64,000 bases of DNA, from the NCBI RefSeq assembly GCF_006345805.1, contig NW_021833431.1, positions 11,309 to 75,308 on the forward strand, in the 5' to 3' direction. The notes beneath the pieces are model-generated. The model ran no database searches. It saw nothing but the letters and a program-made list of their open reading frames with translations, and had not been told where the DNA came from. Every line of letters begins with the position of its first letter. Positions within the stretch are counted from its first letter, which is position 1. The position numbers were made by a program, and so were the translations under genes. Shown here one piece after another: positions 24,416-38,814 of this stretch. Source of the stretch: Octopus sinensis (taxonomy: Eukaryota).

Positions 24416-25199
24416 ACAATAATAATAATAATAATAATGATGTTGATAATAATCTGGTTAGATGGTATAAACAATATTTACAACAAATGTCTGATAAATT
24501 GTAAATATTCATATATATATATATATAAACACGTTTCTAAATTATTTGTGATAGTCATCAGTAAAGCTAATAATAATAATAATAATAATAATAATAGCAG
24601 TATATTATTAATAATAATTAATAAGATTGGACATACGTTAGTATTTAGTAATTATATTATTTATTTTTTTTAGGAATATACAAGCATTATTTTTGTAAAA
24701 TATTTTGGGATATAATAGAGAACAGAGGCAAAATACCAAAAATTTAAGTAGCGCAACAGGTAAAATAATACAGCAACAAGTGTAAATCCTTGCCAAAGTC
24801 ACTCACTCATTCCTTTAAGCAACTCATTCACTCATTCTTTTTCTCCGTCCTCTCAGCGGTCTTTCGCTCTTGTCGACTATAACGTGCTCACTGACGCACG
24901 CTTACACACAAACATACACGGACCGTAGACGTACACTCACTGCATCAACTAATTTTATACGAACTTCTTAGCTGCTCCTTATTCTCTCTCACTCTCTTTC
25001 TCACCATCATTTTTCTCCTTCTCTCTCACTCATTCACTCACTCACTCGCACAATCTCTCTCTCTCTTTCTCTCTCTCTCTGTCTCTCTCGTTTAATAAAC
25101 TCCTCTCTTTCGCCCGCTGCACGCAACCGAAGTCTCCACCTTCTTCACTGCTTCGACTCTTAGATATTTTTTTTTCTTTTTTCTTCTTTTTTTTTTTCA

Positions 25200-25977
25200 A
25201 ACTTCAAATAGCAGCAGCAGCAGCAGCAACAACAGCAGTATCATCACTGCAACAACAACAACAACAACAATTACCACCACAACAACAACAATACGGACAA
25301 AATTTATAATAGCAGCATTATTATAAAATTCGCTAGCGAAACCACTTTTCGAACGAAACCAGAAAAAAAATACAAATTTAAACAACATAAGTAAAACAAA
25401 CCAAAAAAAAAAGCAACACCGCAATTCTGCTACTACTACTACTACTACCACTACTACTATTACTACTACTACAACTACTACTATAACTACTACTACTACT
25501 ACTACTACAAGAGCCCGTTTTGGTGTTTATTATATTTATTATTGTCATTATCATTGTTATTATTATTATTATTATTATTATTGTTATTATTATTGTTATT
25601 ATTATTACTATTATCACTACTATTGTTATTGTTGTTATTAATCTTTGCAAAGAGGTCTCGAAGGCTTTTGTTTACTTTTACTTTCGCTCCTCACTTCTGC
25701 ATGAATATACATATTCTTCAACAATTTCCCACTTTTTCTACGACCCTTGCTTCCTTGCTTTCTACCTAGTTCGCTTCATCTTCCCCGCCGCTATTTTCTA
25801 TCTATCTATCTGTCTGTCTATATCTCTGACTGTTTTACTATCTATCTATCTCTCTATTTATCTATCCCTGCCAATCACTATCTAACTAACTGTCAATCAA
25901 TATCTATCTGCCTGTATATCTATCCATCTCTATCAATATATATATATATATATATATATCTATTTGTCTGTCTATCC

Positions 25978-26042
<65 letters not shown>

Positions 26043-26245
26043 CCTGTCTATCACTATCTAACTATCTGTCTATCAATATATATCTCTCTGTCTATCCATA
26101 TATCTATCTGTCTGTCAATCCCTGTTTATCTATCTACCTATCTAACTATCTATCTGTCCATCCCAGTCTATCAATATCTATCTATCTATTTATCTAATTA
26201 TTTGTCTGTCCAACCGTGTCTATCAATATCTATCTATCTCTCTCT

Positions 26246-26303
<58 letters not shown>

Positions 26304-26345
26304 CTTTATCTATCTATCTATCTGTCTATCTCTAGCTACATGTCT
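25200..26345. repeat. Trinucleotide (CAG/CAA/ACT/ATT) and (TATC)n microsatellite blocks
   Basis: Visible directly. Confidence 0.9.
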
Positions 26346-27099
26346 GTCTATCATTCTTCCTTTCTTTCTTTCTTACAGTCTTACCTTCTTCGATTCTTTT
26401 TTCTCTTTCTTTCTTTCTTTCCTTCTTGCAATCTTTCTCCGTCCGTATTTTTCTATTTAGTTACGGTCAACAGTGTATGTTGATATTGTTGTAGTAGTTC
26501 TCACAACAATTATCAGTGTTTTGCATTTTTTTTGTTTCGCTTCGCTTCGTTTCTTTTCCTTCTTTTTTTTTTTCTTTTTCTTTTTTGTCCACCTGTTCCT
26601 CCTCGCTGTCATTTTGATAATTTTTCCGCATCTCAAATTGTCTCTCTTCGATCTTATTTCGTTCCATAGATCTTTCGAAATCGCGTTTGCGATTTACTTT
26701 TATTCCTTGTATACATTGTATCTTCCCCTTCTTTCACTTTCTCTCTCTTATTTTCCGTCTGTCCGTCTGTCTGTCTGTCTGTCTGTCACTCAGACTCTCC
26801 CTCCCCTCCCTTCATACATATAGACATCCAGACACACACACACGTACATACGCGCACACTCCCACTCCTTGCAAAAGTCTTGTTACATATAATTTCTCTA
26901 TTCGGTTCTTGCACGCCTCGCTTTGCTTCTTCCCTCCTACCCAACAGCATCACAACAACAACAAACATAAGGAAAATTCATAAAAAAAGTAATACAAAAC
27001 AAAATACCGCACTCACACACACACACAGACTTGCACACACACACATACATACATATAGGCGCATACATGTTCATAAACACACACAGCTAACGCATACAT

Positions 27100-27780
27100 A
27101 TTTTCACAACTCCACCTACCCCTGTTCTATATTCCAGCCTACCGACGACAATCAAACCCAACATCACAGTCGCCGCAGCCGCCGCCATCTTTACCACTAC
27201 CACCACCACCACTACCGTCGTAGTAGCACCAGCAGCCACTGCCGCCTCCGTCAACGTCTCAACTACCAATTCCACCAGCACTACCACCTCCACTACCACA
27301 GCCAATACGCCGTTGTCGTCTCTGTCACTACAGCTCGAAAAACGCGAAATTCTTCTTCACCTCACTCTTTCAATTCCACCGAGACGAGGGGAAAAACTCC
27401 ACCACCGACACCACACCACTACCACCACTACCAACAACTACAACAACAACACTACCACCACCAACACCACTACCACCAACGCCATCGTCGCCAAACTACA
27501 CCAACGAACAAACAGCCAGCCATCCATCCATCCAAGCATCCATTCAGGCAGCCAACCAACAAAACTACCAACCAACCAACCAACTGCCCGCCCGACTTTC
27601 CCTACCACCCGCCCATCACACTTTCAGAGCCGCCTGTTGACATAAACGCCCAACCTCGCCTCCTCCCCACGCACCGACTCAAACTCCACCGCTTCACCCC
27701 GCTCGCCTGGCCGCCACTTAACGAAAACAGAATATTTTTCAGTTTAACTTCCAAGTTTCTGCTAGTCCCCTCCTAGCAAA
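27100..27780 (+). promoter_or_regulatory. GC/CpG-rich, C/A-skewed region; candidate promoter or 5' UTR start of the glutamate receptor gene
   Basis: Locally dense in CpG (gccgcagccgccgcc, ccgcccgac, ccgctcgcctggccgcc) against an AT-rich background. Lies about 3 kb upstream of the ATG exon. A donor (acg|gtatgg, 28435/28436) and an acceptor (tttcccccccacag|, 29969/29970) lie between them. Confidence 0.35.
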
Positions 27781-29488
27781 GCGTACGGTGGAGGAAAAAC
27801 TTTAATAATAAGCAGCAGGAGAATCGAAACGCATTAATCGGAATATATATACACATACACAATCATATACTAATAATATATACATACAACCACAATAACA
27901 CACACATACTTACTTACTGAAGGAGAGAGAGAGAAAAAGAGGAACGAGTAAACAACTAATAGGAAAAGATAGAGCTTTAAGTGAAATTTGTAACATATAT
28001 ATATACATACATATATATATATACATATATGTCTTACATAGAAACGCACCCACCCATACAAAATTATTTGTAGTTTTTTGCTGTCGTCATCTTAGAAGTT
28101 GTTGTTATTATTAACAACAACAATATTAATAATATATTGTTATTACATATAATAATAATACAATAGCGACGGTGGTGGTGGTGGTAGTGGTGATGATGTT
28201 GGAGACATTTTATCGTCATTAACGGGAATATTTAATATTTAATTTCATTTGTTATTACTATTGATATTATTGTTATTATTATTGTTAATATTATTAGTAT
28301 TATTATTAGTATTATATTATCGGTTTCTTGTGACACAATTTGTAAAAAACAAAACAAATATTAAAAAAAGATAATAATAATAATAACGAAACAAGGCAAG
28401 CCAAGACAAAAAAATTCTGTTCTGATCGTTTCACGGTATGGTTGGGTAGAAGGTACGTGTATCTAGGAAGAAAGGTAAATAACAAAAACACGAAGTACCT
28501 CTCTCGCTATCACTCCTAGCCCTGCATCCAATACCACACACATATTCCACTAGACGTATTAAGTCTCTCTCTCTCCGTCTCTTTCTCCCTCTATCTGTCT
28601 GTCTATCAATCTGTCTATCTGTGTATGTATCACAGACTTGCAACGCTCATATATACATAACGCTAACGGGCCTCTCCTTCTTAAATCTTTCTCTCTCTCT
28701 TTCTCTCCCCTCCCCAACTCTGTCTCTCTATGTGTCTGTCAGTGTCTCTCTGACAAACACAAAACATTATGTATATATATACATATATATAAACATTATA
28801 TATATGTATATATATATATATAATTATTAACAGTCGGAGACAAAACAATGCATTTTAAGGAGTACCTAATTATCAACAAGGAGTTAATTATTAACCAGTA
28901 ACACCAACAGCATCGGCACCATAGTTCTATAACTTGGCCCGCCGTTTCTCTTTGATATATTCATCACATACACCTATAACTATATATATCTATCTATATA
29001 CATATATATAGTTTATTATACAGGAACGCATACGTACATGCATCAAGGAAGTAAGACAACTATATACATAAACAAAGTTCGTTTGAATTCACGTATGTAT
29101 ACACGCATTCGGATTAATTTTTAAGCATTCATTTACGCATACAAATTTCTTCTCAAGCAAGAAAAGAAGGATTACACAAATATAAACAAACAACACACAA
29201 ATAAACAAACACATCAATAAACAATAATATTAAAAACATAATAACAATAATTATATTTACTACCGTTATTGTTATTAATACTACAATTACCAATTACACT
29301 TATACATTTTTCCCCTTCAATTTTAATTTCGAATGCCCAGAGAATCTCTTAGATTTTTTTTTAAAATTTCAATATTGAAAGAGTGAACGAAGACGCCACC
29401 AACAGAATTACGTGAGAGCAAAAAGACATCATATTTTACCAGTTGTCCCTTCTATTTCTTCCCCCTCTCACCGTTTATATATACCCAC

Positions 29489-29531
<43 letters not shown>

Positions 29532-30570
29532 AAATTAAAACAAAAGGCTGCAGGAACACCAAAGGTGAAGAAAAGGATTTTACGTACAACATAGAAGAAG
29601 AAAAAAGAACCCTTAACCGAAGGCTATTTGTTATATTACATCTCATGTTTTTACCAAAATTTTTGTTACAGTCGGAGGATTAAAACGATAACAAAAAAAA
29701 AAAAGTCTATCATGTTCGCCGTTTGAGGAATTCTATCGTAATATTATTTGCATTCCTTAACTTTCCATAATGTTATATTTCTGGTCACAGATTTATTTCT
29801 AGCACCGATTGCAAAGAATATCTTCCTTTAAATCATATAGGAACTTTGTCATAAACAAATTCTTCCAAATATATATATATATATATAAAACGTAAAAATA
29901 TTATATATATATACGTGTATTTATATATATAAATCTGTATAACTATATATATATATTTCCCCCCCACAGGTACATATTGTGTTTTTTAAATGCCGCTTTT
30001 ATATATAAATTAAAAAAAAAAAAGGAAAAATATGTGAAACCACTTGATGGGGGAATACGGAAGATTTTGAGTGCTTAATTAAACGGAAAAAAAAAGATAA
30101 TTATCTAAATTTAATTGAAAAGAAAAAAAATATTTTTCTCTTTTTTTATACCGAAGTACAAAAACCGACGTAATTGTTACGTTATATAATGATGTATAAT
30201 GTATATATATATACACACACACAAACATACAACACACATGTAATTTGAATACACACACACACGCACCCAGTATCGCATACACAAAACTTCAACACGCGTG
30301 TCGCCAGCATATTTCATTCGCATCAAAGTAAAATTTAATTTTAAATAATCATTTCGCAGATATATTTATATACACACGTCTAAAATACTGCTATATATCT
30401 GTATGTATATATATTATATTTATTAAATATATATAGACAGATATAGTAGCTGCTTCAGCTAAGTTTTTTTTCTTCACACACATATATATATTCATACATA
30501 TATATTAACCAAAGAAAGAAAAAAAACCAAAAGCTGAGAGCAAATTTTAAGCCGGGAGTACGATTTCAAT

Positions 30571-30679
30571 ATGGATTTGGTAAAAGGATTTCAAGCGGTG
30601 AAGAAAATGTGGTTCTGTATACTGCTGTTGGTGGCAACATCGCAAAGCACCAAGGCACTGCCCGCGACCATTCGAGTCG
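30571..30679 (+). CDS. First coding exon of a probable non-NMDA ionotropic glutamate receptor (kainate/AMPA-like): signal peptide plus start of the amino-terminal domain
   Basis: ATG at 30571 opens 36 codons + 1 nt, MDLVKGFQAVKKMWFCILLLVATSQSTKALPATIRV(G), followed by a consensus donor G|gtaagt at 30680. Basic n-region, hydrophobic core (WFCILLLVA) and STKA-LP cleavage-like site. LPATIRVG resembles the LPxxIRIG motif that starts invertebrate kainate-type receptors. The phase-1 intron inside that Gly matches GRIK2 (HVLRF|G) and GRIA2 (SIQI|G). Subfamily cannot be fixed from 37 aa. Confidence 0.7.
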
Positions 30680-30902
30680 GTAAGTACAGAATTTTTCTTT
30701 GATATTTTATTCCTATATATTTTGAATTTTCTTTCTAGTAAATGTTTTTGTGTCGTATTCTTCATCGTATTATGATCGAAATATTTCCCCTGCTGTTTTT
30801 GACAATATCCTATTCATTCCTGTATAGACCGCTCAACAAACGTATGTTGTGTGTGTGAACGTGTGTGTTTTCTATGTGTGTGCGCCTGTCTGTGTCTGTT
30901 CA

Positions 30903-30948
<46 letters not shown>

Positions 30949-31539
30949 AATGTATTTGTATGTGTGTATAATCAATGATACTTCTTGTCATCTATCTTTA
31001 CGTATAGCTTTCTTAAGAATCGGTTTATCTAACTTTCTATCTTTTCTTCTCTATCCGTGTGTCTATCGCTTTATCTGTCTGTAGGCCTTTCTATGGCACC
31101 CTCTCTCTTTACCACTTTCGCATTCTCTATCTGCTTCTCTATCACATTAAATCCATTCTATCATTCTATCTATCTATCTATCTATCTATCTACCTATTCA
31201 TCTATCTATCTCTGTCAGCTTGTCCGCAAGTGTTCGGCTGTCTGTCAGTTTAACAATCTTTCTACTTAACTATACGCTTGTTTCTGTTGTGTCTGTCTAA
31301 GTACCCATCAATCTACCCCTAACTCTGTCTTTACATCGCTACACCTATCTATGTAAGAAACATATGTACTACTAGGTTAGGCTTGCCTCTATCTGTCAGT
31401 CTGTCCTTCAATACATGCCTCTATCTATCTGTCTGTCTGTCTTGCCCTCATTATGTGTGCACGCATGTGAGTATGTGTGGGTGCGTAAGTGATTAAGAGT
31501 GTGGGACATTTTACCATATATATATATATATATATATAT

Positions 31540-31779
31540 GGTAAACGTAGAGTAGATGAAACCATGGTGACTGAAGAAGGGGTTTTTTCCTTGTGTTATT
31601 TGTCCTGTACTCTATTTTTTTTTTTTTAGAAAAATGTCCAGTTCCTTGGGTTTGTGTCTATGTTTTCGTTTCTCATTGTGTTCGACGTTTTTTGGTGTCC
31701 TGTACTCCTATATGCGTGTATATATACATGTAGAGGTAGGTACGTACATATATGTATATATATATATGCATATGTCTTA

Positions 31780-31784
<5 letters not shown>
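31540..31784 (+). mobile_element. (TA)n-flanked repeat, family F
   Basis: Aligns to 4459-4710; (TA)n on both sides. Confidence 0.7.
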
Positions 31785-31815
<31 letters not shown>

Positions 31816-32271
31816 CACATCTGCTTCTGATGTCAATATACTTTTGATGGTATATCTATCAACGTAAATCGCACACGAGTGCGTACGCTGCGCGCGTGTA
31901 TGTGTGTGTGTATGTGACGAATGTTTCGTCTAGTACACACACGCACACACATCTGTTTACCTACCTGTCAAATTGTTTACATATGAATAAGCTGTGTGTG
32001 TGTCTGCCCGTGTAATGTTGAATTCACTTACGAAAAGCAGGCGACACGTTCGCATACTCATTGAGCGAACACACACACACCTCTCTCGCACTCGTATACG
32101 CAAACACACACACACCTCTCTCGCACTCGTATACGCAAACACACAAACATACATACATACACACAAATATACGTACATAAATTCACAAATCGCAATCTAC
32201 AGAGGATACACAGCGATGCACCAAATACATATATAAATATGAAAGGCCGGAATATCGCGCGTGCGTGCACG

Positions 32272-32311
<40 letters not shown>

Positions 32312-32422
32312 TACACACACACACATACACACACGCACATACACACGCATACACAAAACACTCACACACACGTACGTACACAAACAAACGCACAGACACA
32401 TGTTGCTCACAGTTAAGTATAT

Positions 32423-32458
<36 letters not shown>

Positions 32459-32972
32459 ACACACACATTCAGAATAGAATAAACCTAAATATAAAGCTCA
32501 TATATGAATGCTAACTGACACACGCACACACACACACTCGCACACACTCGCTCGGTAGCTCGCTTACTCACTCACACACACAAGCAAACCCCTGTCGGGA
32601 GCGTACAAACACACATACACATATATACACATATACTCGCGTAAGCAGATGTATGCAAAAATCTATATACACCCACTCTACGATGTGTTGTGGAATAAAA
32701 TACAGATACCATATAAAAATAAACATACCAAACTTTCCGATATGTGCGACTACATACTCGTGTCTATGTATGTACATACATATATATGCAGGCCTGTGAT
32801 ACAATAGCTCACAAACACACACACACACAACTGTATCAGAAAATCAAAAATATCTACATCTATATTTCAATATCCGCATTCTTATACACGTCCTAGACGC
32901 ATGTCCCATTTCATTCTATTCTTGACTATGCAAACGACCTATGTATTGGCCACCTATATATATATATATATA

Positions 32973-33004
<32 letters not shown>

Positions 33005-34305
33005 ATGCATTGCATGTTGTTTGGGTGTTTACGTGTTTATTTAAATAAAGCTAATGAGAGGTGTTTATTAATGAGTGCACTCTGTATGAGTTTATGAGCT
33101 ATCTATCCTTTCTCAATAGTGTATTTCGTTTGCAATTCTTAGCCCAAAACTGTCAACCTAGATTAGCTTACAAACTGTTTTAAACAGTGATACATTATAC
33201 ACACACACTCACTCACGCACGAACACAGAAACATACACACACGCACGCACACACACATATGCATGAATGTAGAGTTGTGTGTGCGTGTGCGTGTTTGTGT
33301 GAGTGTGTGTGTGCTTTAAAACTTCCAATAGTCAAAATCGTTATATTTTCTTTTCATTCGAGTATATGTCTTTTAAGCTGTTCATGCATTTTACTACCGC
33401 GTTTCGCCTACTGCTACTACATTCTGTACGGAATGAAGTATTACCTGGTGTATTTTCTTTGAACTAAACTCCATTTTTCTTTTGTTTTTTTGTTGTGGTG
33501 TATTCTTTTACCATGTAGCGTATTACTTTTAATGTAATCAAACATATTGCTCCTATTAGTATCGTCGATTCCCATACAATTTAAGTAAATTTGTGTAATC
33601 AAGTACAACCTTAAGAACACCCTTAAATGATTTCTAACATAAGTGCAGTTTATACCTCTTAAAACAATGCATATAGCTAATTAAATGTAGATGAACCCGG
33701 TTTTTGTCTCGTATTTAATTGTTTTAGACTGATCAAATTAAGGAGCAATGCTGATTCTAAACCGTTAGAACTGAAAACCTTAATAAGCAGCACGGAATAC
33801 AGTAGGTTAATTATACCCCGTTTCTACCATTCCTATTTATCTAAAGCTCTTTGAAACAAAATTCTAGAAATAATACGAAAATATACAGGCGTAAGGAAAG
33901 CAGTTAAAGTGTATAAGACAAAAATACACATTTAGACAAAAGACAAAATAAAACAACAGAAAGACCTAAGTTTTCAAATTGGATCCAAGTCATAGATTAC
34001 AATGCCCGTAATAGACTCTATAACCATAGTATGTAAAGTATTGTTTTTGACAAGAGTTTCCATAGCGATTTGAACTCAGCTCTGCGAGTTTGCTTGCTGC
34101 TTGCTACAAAGGTTGATGATTATGACGATGATGATTATCATGCTTGTTGTTTATGACAGTGGCTATGATAAAGCTCCAACGTTATCCTATGTTTTATCTA
34201 TTTCCCATGGATGATGGTAAAATATTTGAAAGAATCATTTTGTCGACCCTGCTAGTCCTATCTGTCTCTATCGGGTAAGGATTTACCAAAGCTTAAAAAT
34301 GTTTT

Positions 34306-34693
34306 TGTGTGGTAAGTAGCTTGCTTACGAACGACATGGTTCCGGGTTCAGTCCCACTGCGTGGCATCTTGGGCAAGTGTCTTCTACTATAGCGTCGCGC
34401 CGACCAAAGCTTTGTGAGTGGATTTGGCAGACGGAAACTGAAAGAAGCCCGTCTTATATATGTATGTGTATATGTTTGTGTGTCTGTGTTTGTCCCCACC
34501 CCCCAACATCGCTTGACAACCGATGCTGGTGTGTTTACGTCCCCGTAACTTAACCTTTCGGCAAAAGAGACCGATAGAATAAGTACTACGCTTACAAAGA
34601 ATAAGTCCCGGAGTCGATTTGCTCGACTAAAAAGGTGGTGCTCCAGCATGGCCACAGTCAAATGACTGAAACAAGTAAAAGAGTAAAAAAGTA
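34306..34693 (+). mobile_element. SINE B, slightly 5'-truncated
   Basis: tgtgtggtaagtagcttgc...gaaacaagtaaaagagtaaaaaagta. Confidence 0.9.
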
Positions 34694-37600
34694 ATTATAA
34701 ATGATTTTGATAACAGAAAGGAACTCATGAGTTCCTACCTGATTTTACCTGTTTCAAACATGAAAACGATTCCTTTGCATTATGTTCTTATACTCAAAGA
34801 ACAAGAGAGAAACAAGGAAACGAAGGAGAATATTCATTTTTTGGAACCCCGCCTGTCATATTCCTTCCTTGATAAGGCTGACTTGGTATTCAACCGCTAT
34901 ATATAAGACATAAATAGTGAAGAGTACGAAAATTCGTCTTTGAAAAATGTATGACTTTAGTGAGTACCATAAAAGAACTGTGTGGAACATCCACCCTTAT
35001 ATAGATCGCCATTGTATATTTAGAGCATAAATTCAGGTATGAGCAAGTGCTTGAGAGATTTACTTCGTAGTAATGGGGATCCGATTTCGATCACATTGCA
35101 CGGCAATACGAGCTGTTGTCCCTAATGCAGGCTTGGATCAACATAAGCCTCTTGTGTGAAATTTAGGGGAGAGGAAACAAAGAATTATGTCCATAAATTT
35201 TACCTGAAATACAAAACCCAATTCCCGTTCTATTATACAGTATATCATGTGGATTCTATTTCCGAATTAATTCAGGATTATACTTGACTATCAAACATTC
35301 AACCTTTTACAATATAATATATTAAACAGGCAGTTCTATTAACCAAAATCTGGAATACTCACCGTCGAATCCGACGCGAGATCCATTTTCATTGTATCTA
35401 GTTCGATGAAGAAATAAGAATGGTCCAGGGTTACCCTTTCTGTAATGTGTACACACAGAAAGGGTTTCAATTCGAGAATGCGAAATAACGAAGTACATGT
35501 TTATATGTTGTTACCACTGTTAACCTACAGTAGGGGTTTTCCAGCAGGGAGTTGTGGTACACTCTTGTCTTGCGTATTTTTTTAATTTAGATAATATAAT
35601 TGACAATTAATATCTAATGATGGTAAACTGTAGACAAATTTACTTAGGGCGTAGCAGATTTTCTGATTATTTTTCTCATTTGTTATAAAAATCGATGTTT
35701 TGCACCTTTAACGTAAGACGGGGGAGTGACGTGGTAAGAGAAACTTTGGAACTACTTCTGTCCATTTTGCTATTCCTTGCAATGTCAACCAACTAACCAA
35801 AATATAATTTTTGTAGCAGTTCCTATTTATAAACCTTCAAACTCTGCAGTACAAAAATTTGAAATTAATTTTTCTCCAGAAACCATACGCATGCCAGAAA
35901 GAAGAATCTATACTTTAACTAGAAATAGCAGCTGCGTTATTTCCAGTCGTACGATATCACCTTGAAAATATCTGGAGTTTACAAATGTACTTTGTGAAAC
36001 ATGAGCTATTATCGATATACCTACGAATGCCTGTAGGTATTGCATGGGGCCCGAACATGCCTCCTGCTCTTAGCCTAGCATGTGCTAAATCATATACACA
36101 ACTCCAGTTCTATAGCTACCTCTAGATTCTGGTGCTCTCCTTCATCATGTTTATGATGAAGATCATCATCATCATCAGCAGCAGCAGTAGGATATGCCAT
36201 ACTCTACCAGAGACATGGCAGGATATTCTTCCTGTGATTGAGTTGATGCAGTTATCATTGAGGAAAAGGGTACAAAGATTAGAAACCTCAATCATTATCA
36301 TTTTCACAGAGCAGTGGAACAATTTCTGAGAGAGAGAGAGAGGGGGAGAGAGAGGCAGACAGATAGAGACAAATAGACAGACATTCAGACAAACTGAGCC
36401 AGAGTGAGTGGTTGGAGTGGCAGGGAGAGAATGAATTTCGACCCTCAATACGTATCTAGTACTTTATTTTATCGGAAGGCTGAAAAGACCAAATTGATTT
36501 CAGTGGCTTTTAACTCAGATCGTATGGGATATTTCAATAGCTCAACTGTATCGATGTCACACTATACCATTTCTGTCAATATAAGTCATCATATCTACCG
36601 CTTTACACAAACACCACTGAATGTAAAGATGGGTTTCCTGATATAACAACGCCGGGGATCTAAAAAGAAATTTCTGACGAAGGCACAAATTTAAATGGAG
36701 GTTGTTAAGTGATTGAATTTCTTCCATTACTTTACTGGTTTGATAATTATCGAACCCGGAAGAGTAAAATGTAGAATTGATCTCAGTGGGATTTGAAATT
36801 ACAAAGATGAGATTCGGAACAAGTACAGCGAGGTATTTGCCCAACGGTGTATTGACTCTTACCCATCAGTTACTCCACAACAAGATAGTCTAAGGAACGT
36901 TAGTAATTAAGGTCAGTGTTGGACTTGGATAAAAACTACCAACCTCTCAACTACCATCGCTTGTCGCACATGTATGATTGAACAATGATAGTGTTAAGGA
37001 TAATGGTTCTGGGAAGATGCTTTACGGTCGGTTTACTTGTTCTGTATAGCGTTTGAATATATTTTCTTCCTCAAATCACATACTGCTAACACTAAAAACA
37101 ACGAAATGCGTATTCCTAGATGCGTTCTTAAAAAAGAGAAAGTAATACGTGATACGAAATGTCCAGTGCACTTAGGGCTGCTGGATCCTGTGTAACGTGG
37201 GTGTTAGCCGACAACAGCAACACGATCGTCATGAATAATATTGACAATAACAACAGCAATCTCTTGTCAGGATTAAGTGCTGTGCCATGGAATATAATTT
37301 GCTTAATGTCGGACGAGAGAACGGAATGAATGCGACAACATATTTCAAGCTTGTTTAATAAGTATCATTTTTATGATACCTACATGCGATAAGTAGATAG
37401 AGGAGTCGGTAGAACGATGCCGTACAAAAATCGTATTGTGTCGTCTACCGATTTCAAATCACGATAGAGTCGACCAAGTCTTTTATCTACCAGTAATATA
37501 CGGTGGCTTGGATCAACAGGCATTATTTTCTATCTTGTAGGTGCGCTGTTGGTGTACGTCAATCTAATAGCTTTTATTTTTTATTACAATACGTGCAGTA

Positions 37601-38599
37601 CTTGTATGTGTGAGTACATGAGTGAGTGAATGTGCGGTGTGTTATCGTGTATGCTTAAATGCTAGACAGGCAGACTGTGTGTGTCCCAGTGTTACGATGT
37701 ATGTGGGTGGGTAACATATATTTATATGTGATCGCTAGTTCGTCAGTCATATATATGTGTACATATTTGCGTGTATGTATGTGTTTGTATGTTTATTTTG
37801 TCTGTGATTGTGTGTGACGCAGACGTCGTTTAACACCAGTTCAGAACTAATCGACTGAATCTGTTATTAAACTCATTCCGGTCACAGACGGGGTGGTCAT
37901 GACCGGAACAAGTACAGATCCACATTTTTAAACGTATCGCTTTCTTAAGACGCTAGAGTAAATTTAGCTTCTATTTCTACAAGGTCCACCGACCATATAA
38001 TGGCTTCCTTCATTGGCTCCTTTAACGTTTACAGACATACTGAGAGCTACAAGCAGGCAACTGCCGAGGAGTAGATCTTGCGATATGGTTTCGATTCACA
38101 ATTAACGCAATTTCTCACGAAATATGTAAGATAACCACTTGGAGTAGGATGAAGGCCACAAATCTTTAATTCACTATAAATTTTTGTCATTGCTAGTTTT
38201 GATTCAATTTAGCCCAACTATGATGGAAAGAATTCATCGATATTATAAAGCTAGTGTGAGGGAGATTTGGTTACTATTTCTGGAGGTTAGAGCGTCTACT
38301 TGAGGCAATTCTTGTCATTATTGTAATAAGGTTTGCCAGCGTCAGTTAGCAAAAGCATTTAGAAACCTTGCTTTTCTCAACAGGTAGATGGCAGAAGATA
38401 TACTGTATCCATTTACTCCTTTGTCTTATGCTAAAGAGAAAGAAAATAAATAACTTCGTTTCCTTTTTGTACTCTTCGGCTTTTTTTTTCTGTGAGTGTG
38501 CGTGCGTTTTGTGTGGGTATAAGTCGGGTTATTGTTCAGAGTTCGAATTTACCAAACAGCTCTTATTTCGGACTGACAAGATTATTGATAATAGCAAAT

Positions 38600-38778
38600 A
38601 CATATGCTAATCTATCTGTCTATAAAACTATCTATCAATCTATCACATCTGTCTGTCTATCTATCCATCTGTCTGTCTATCTATCCATCTGTCTGTCTAT
38701 CTATCCATCTGTCTGTTATCTATCCATCTGTCTGTTTATCTATCTATCCATCTGTCTATCTATCTATCTATCTATCTA

Positions 38779-38814
<36 letters not shown>

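Noticed and set aside
26880-27776. 298-aa His/Thr/Pro-rich ORF
   Set aside because: Stop-free because of C/A skew and (CAC)/(CAA)/(CA) repeats; better explained as promoter/UTR low-complexity DNA.
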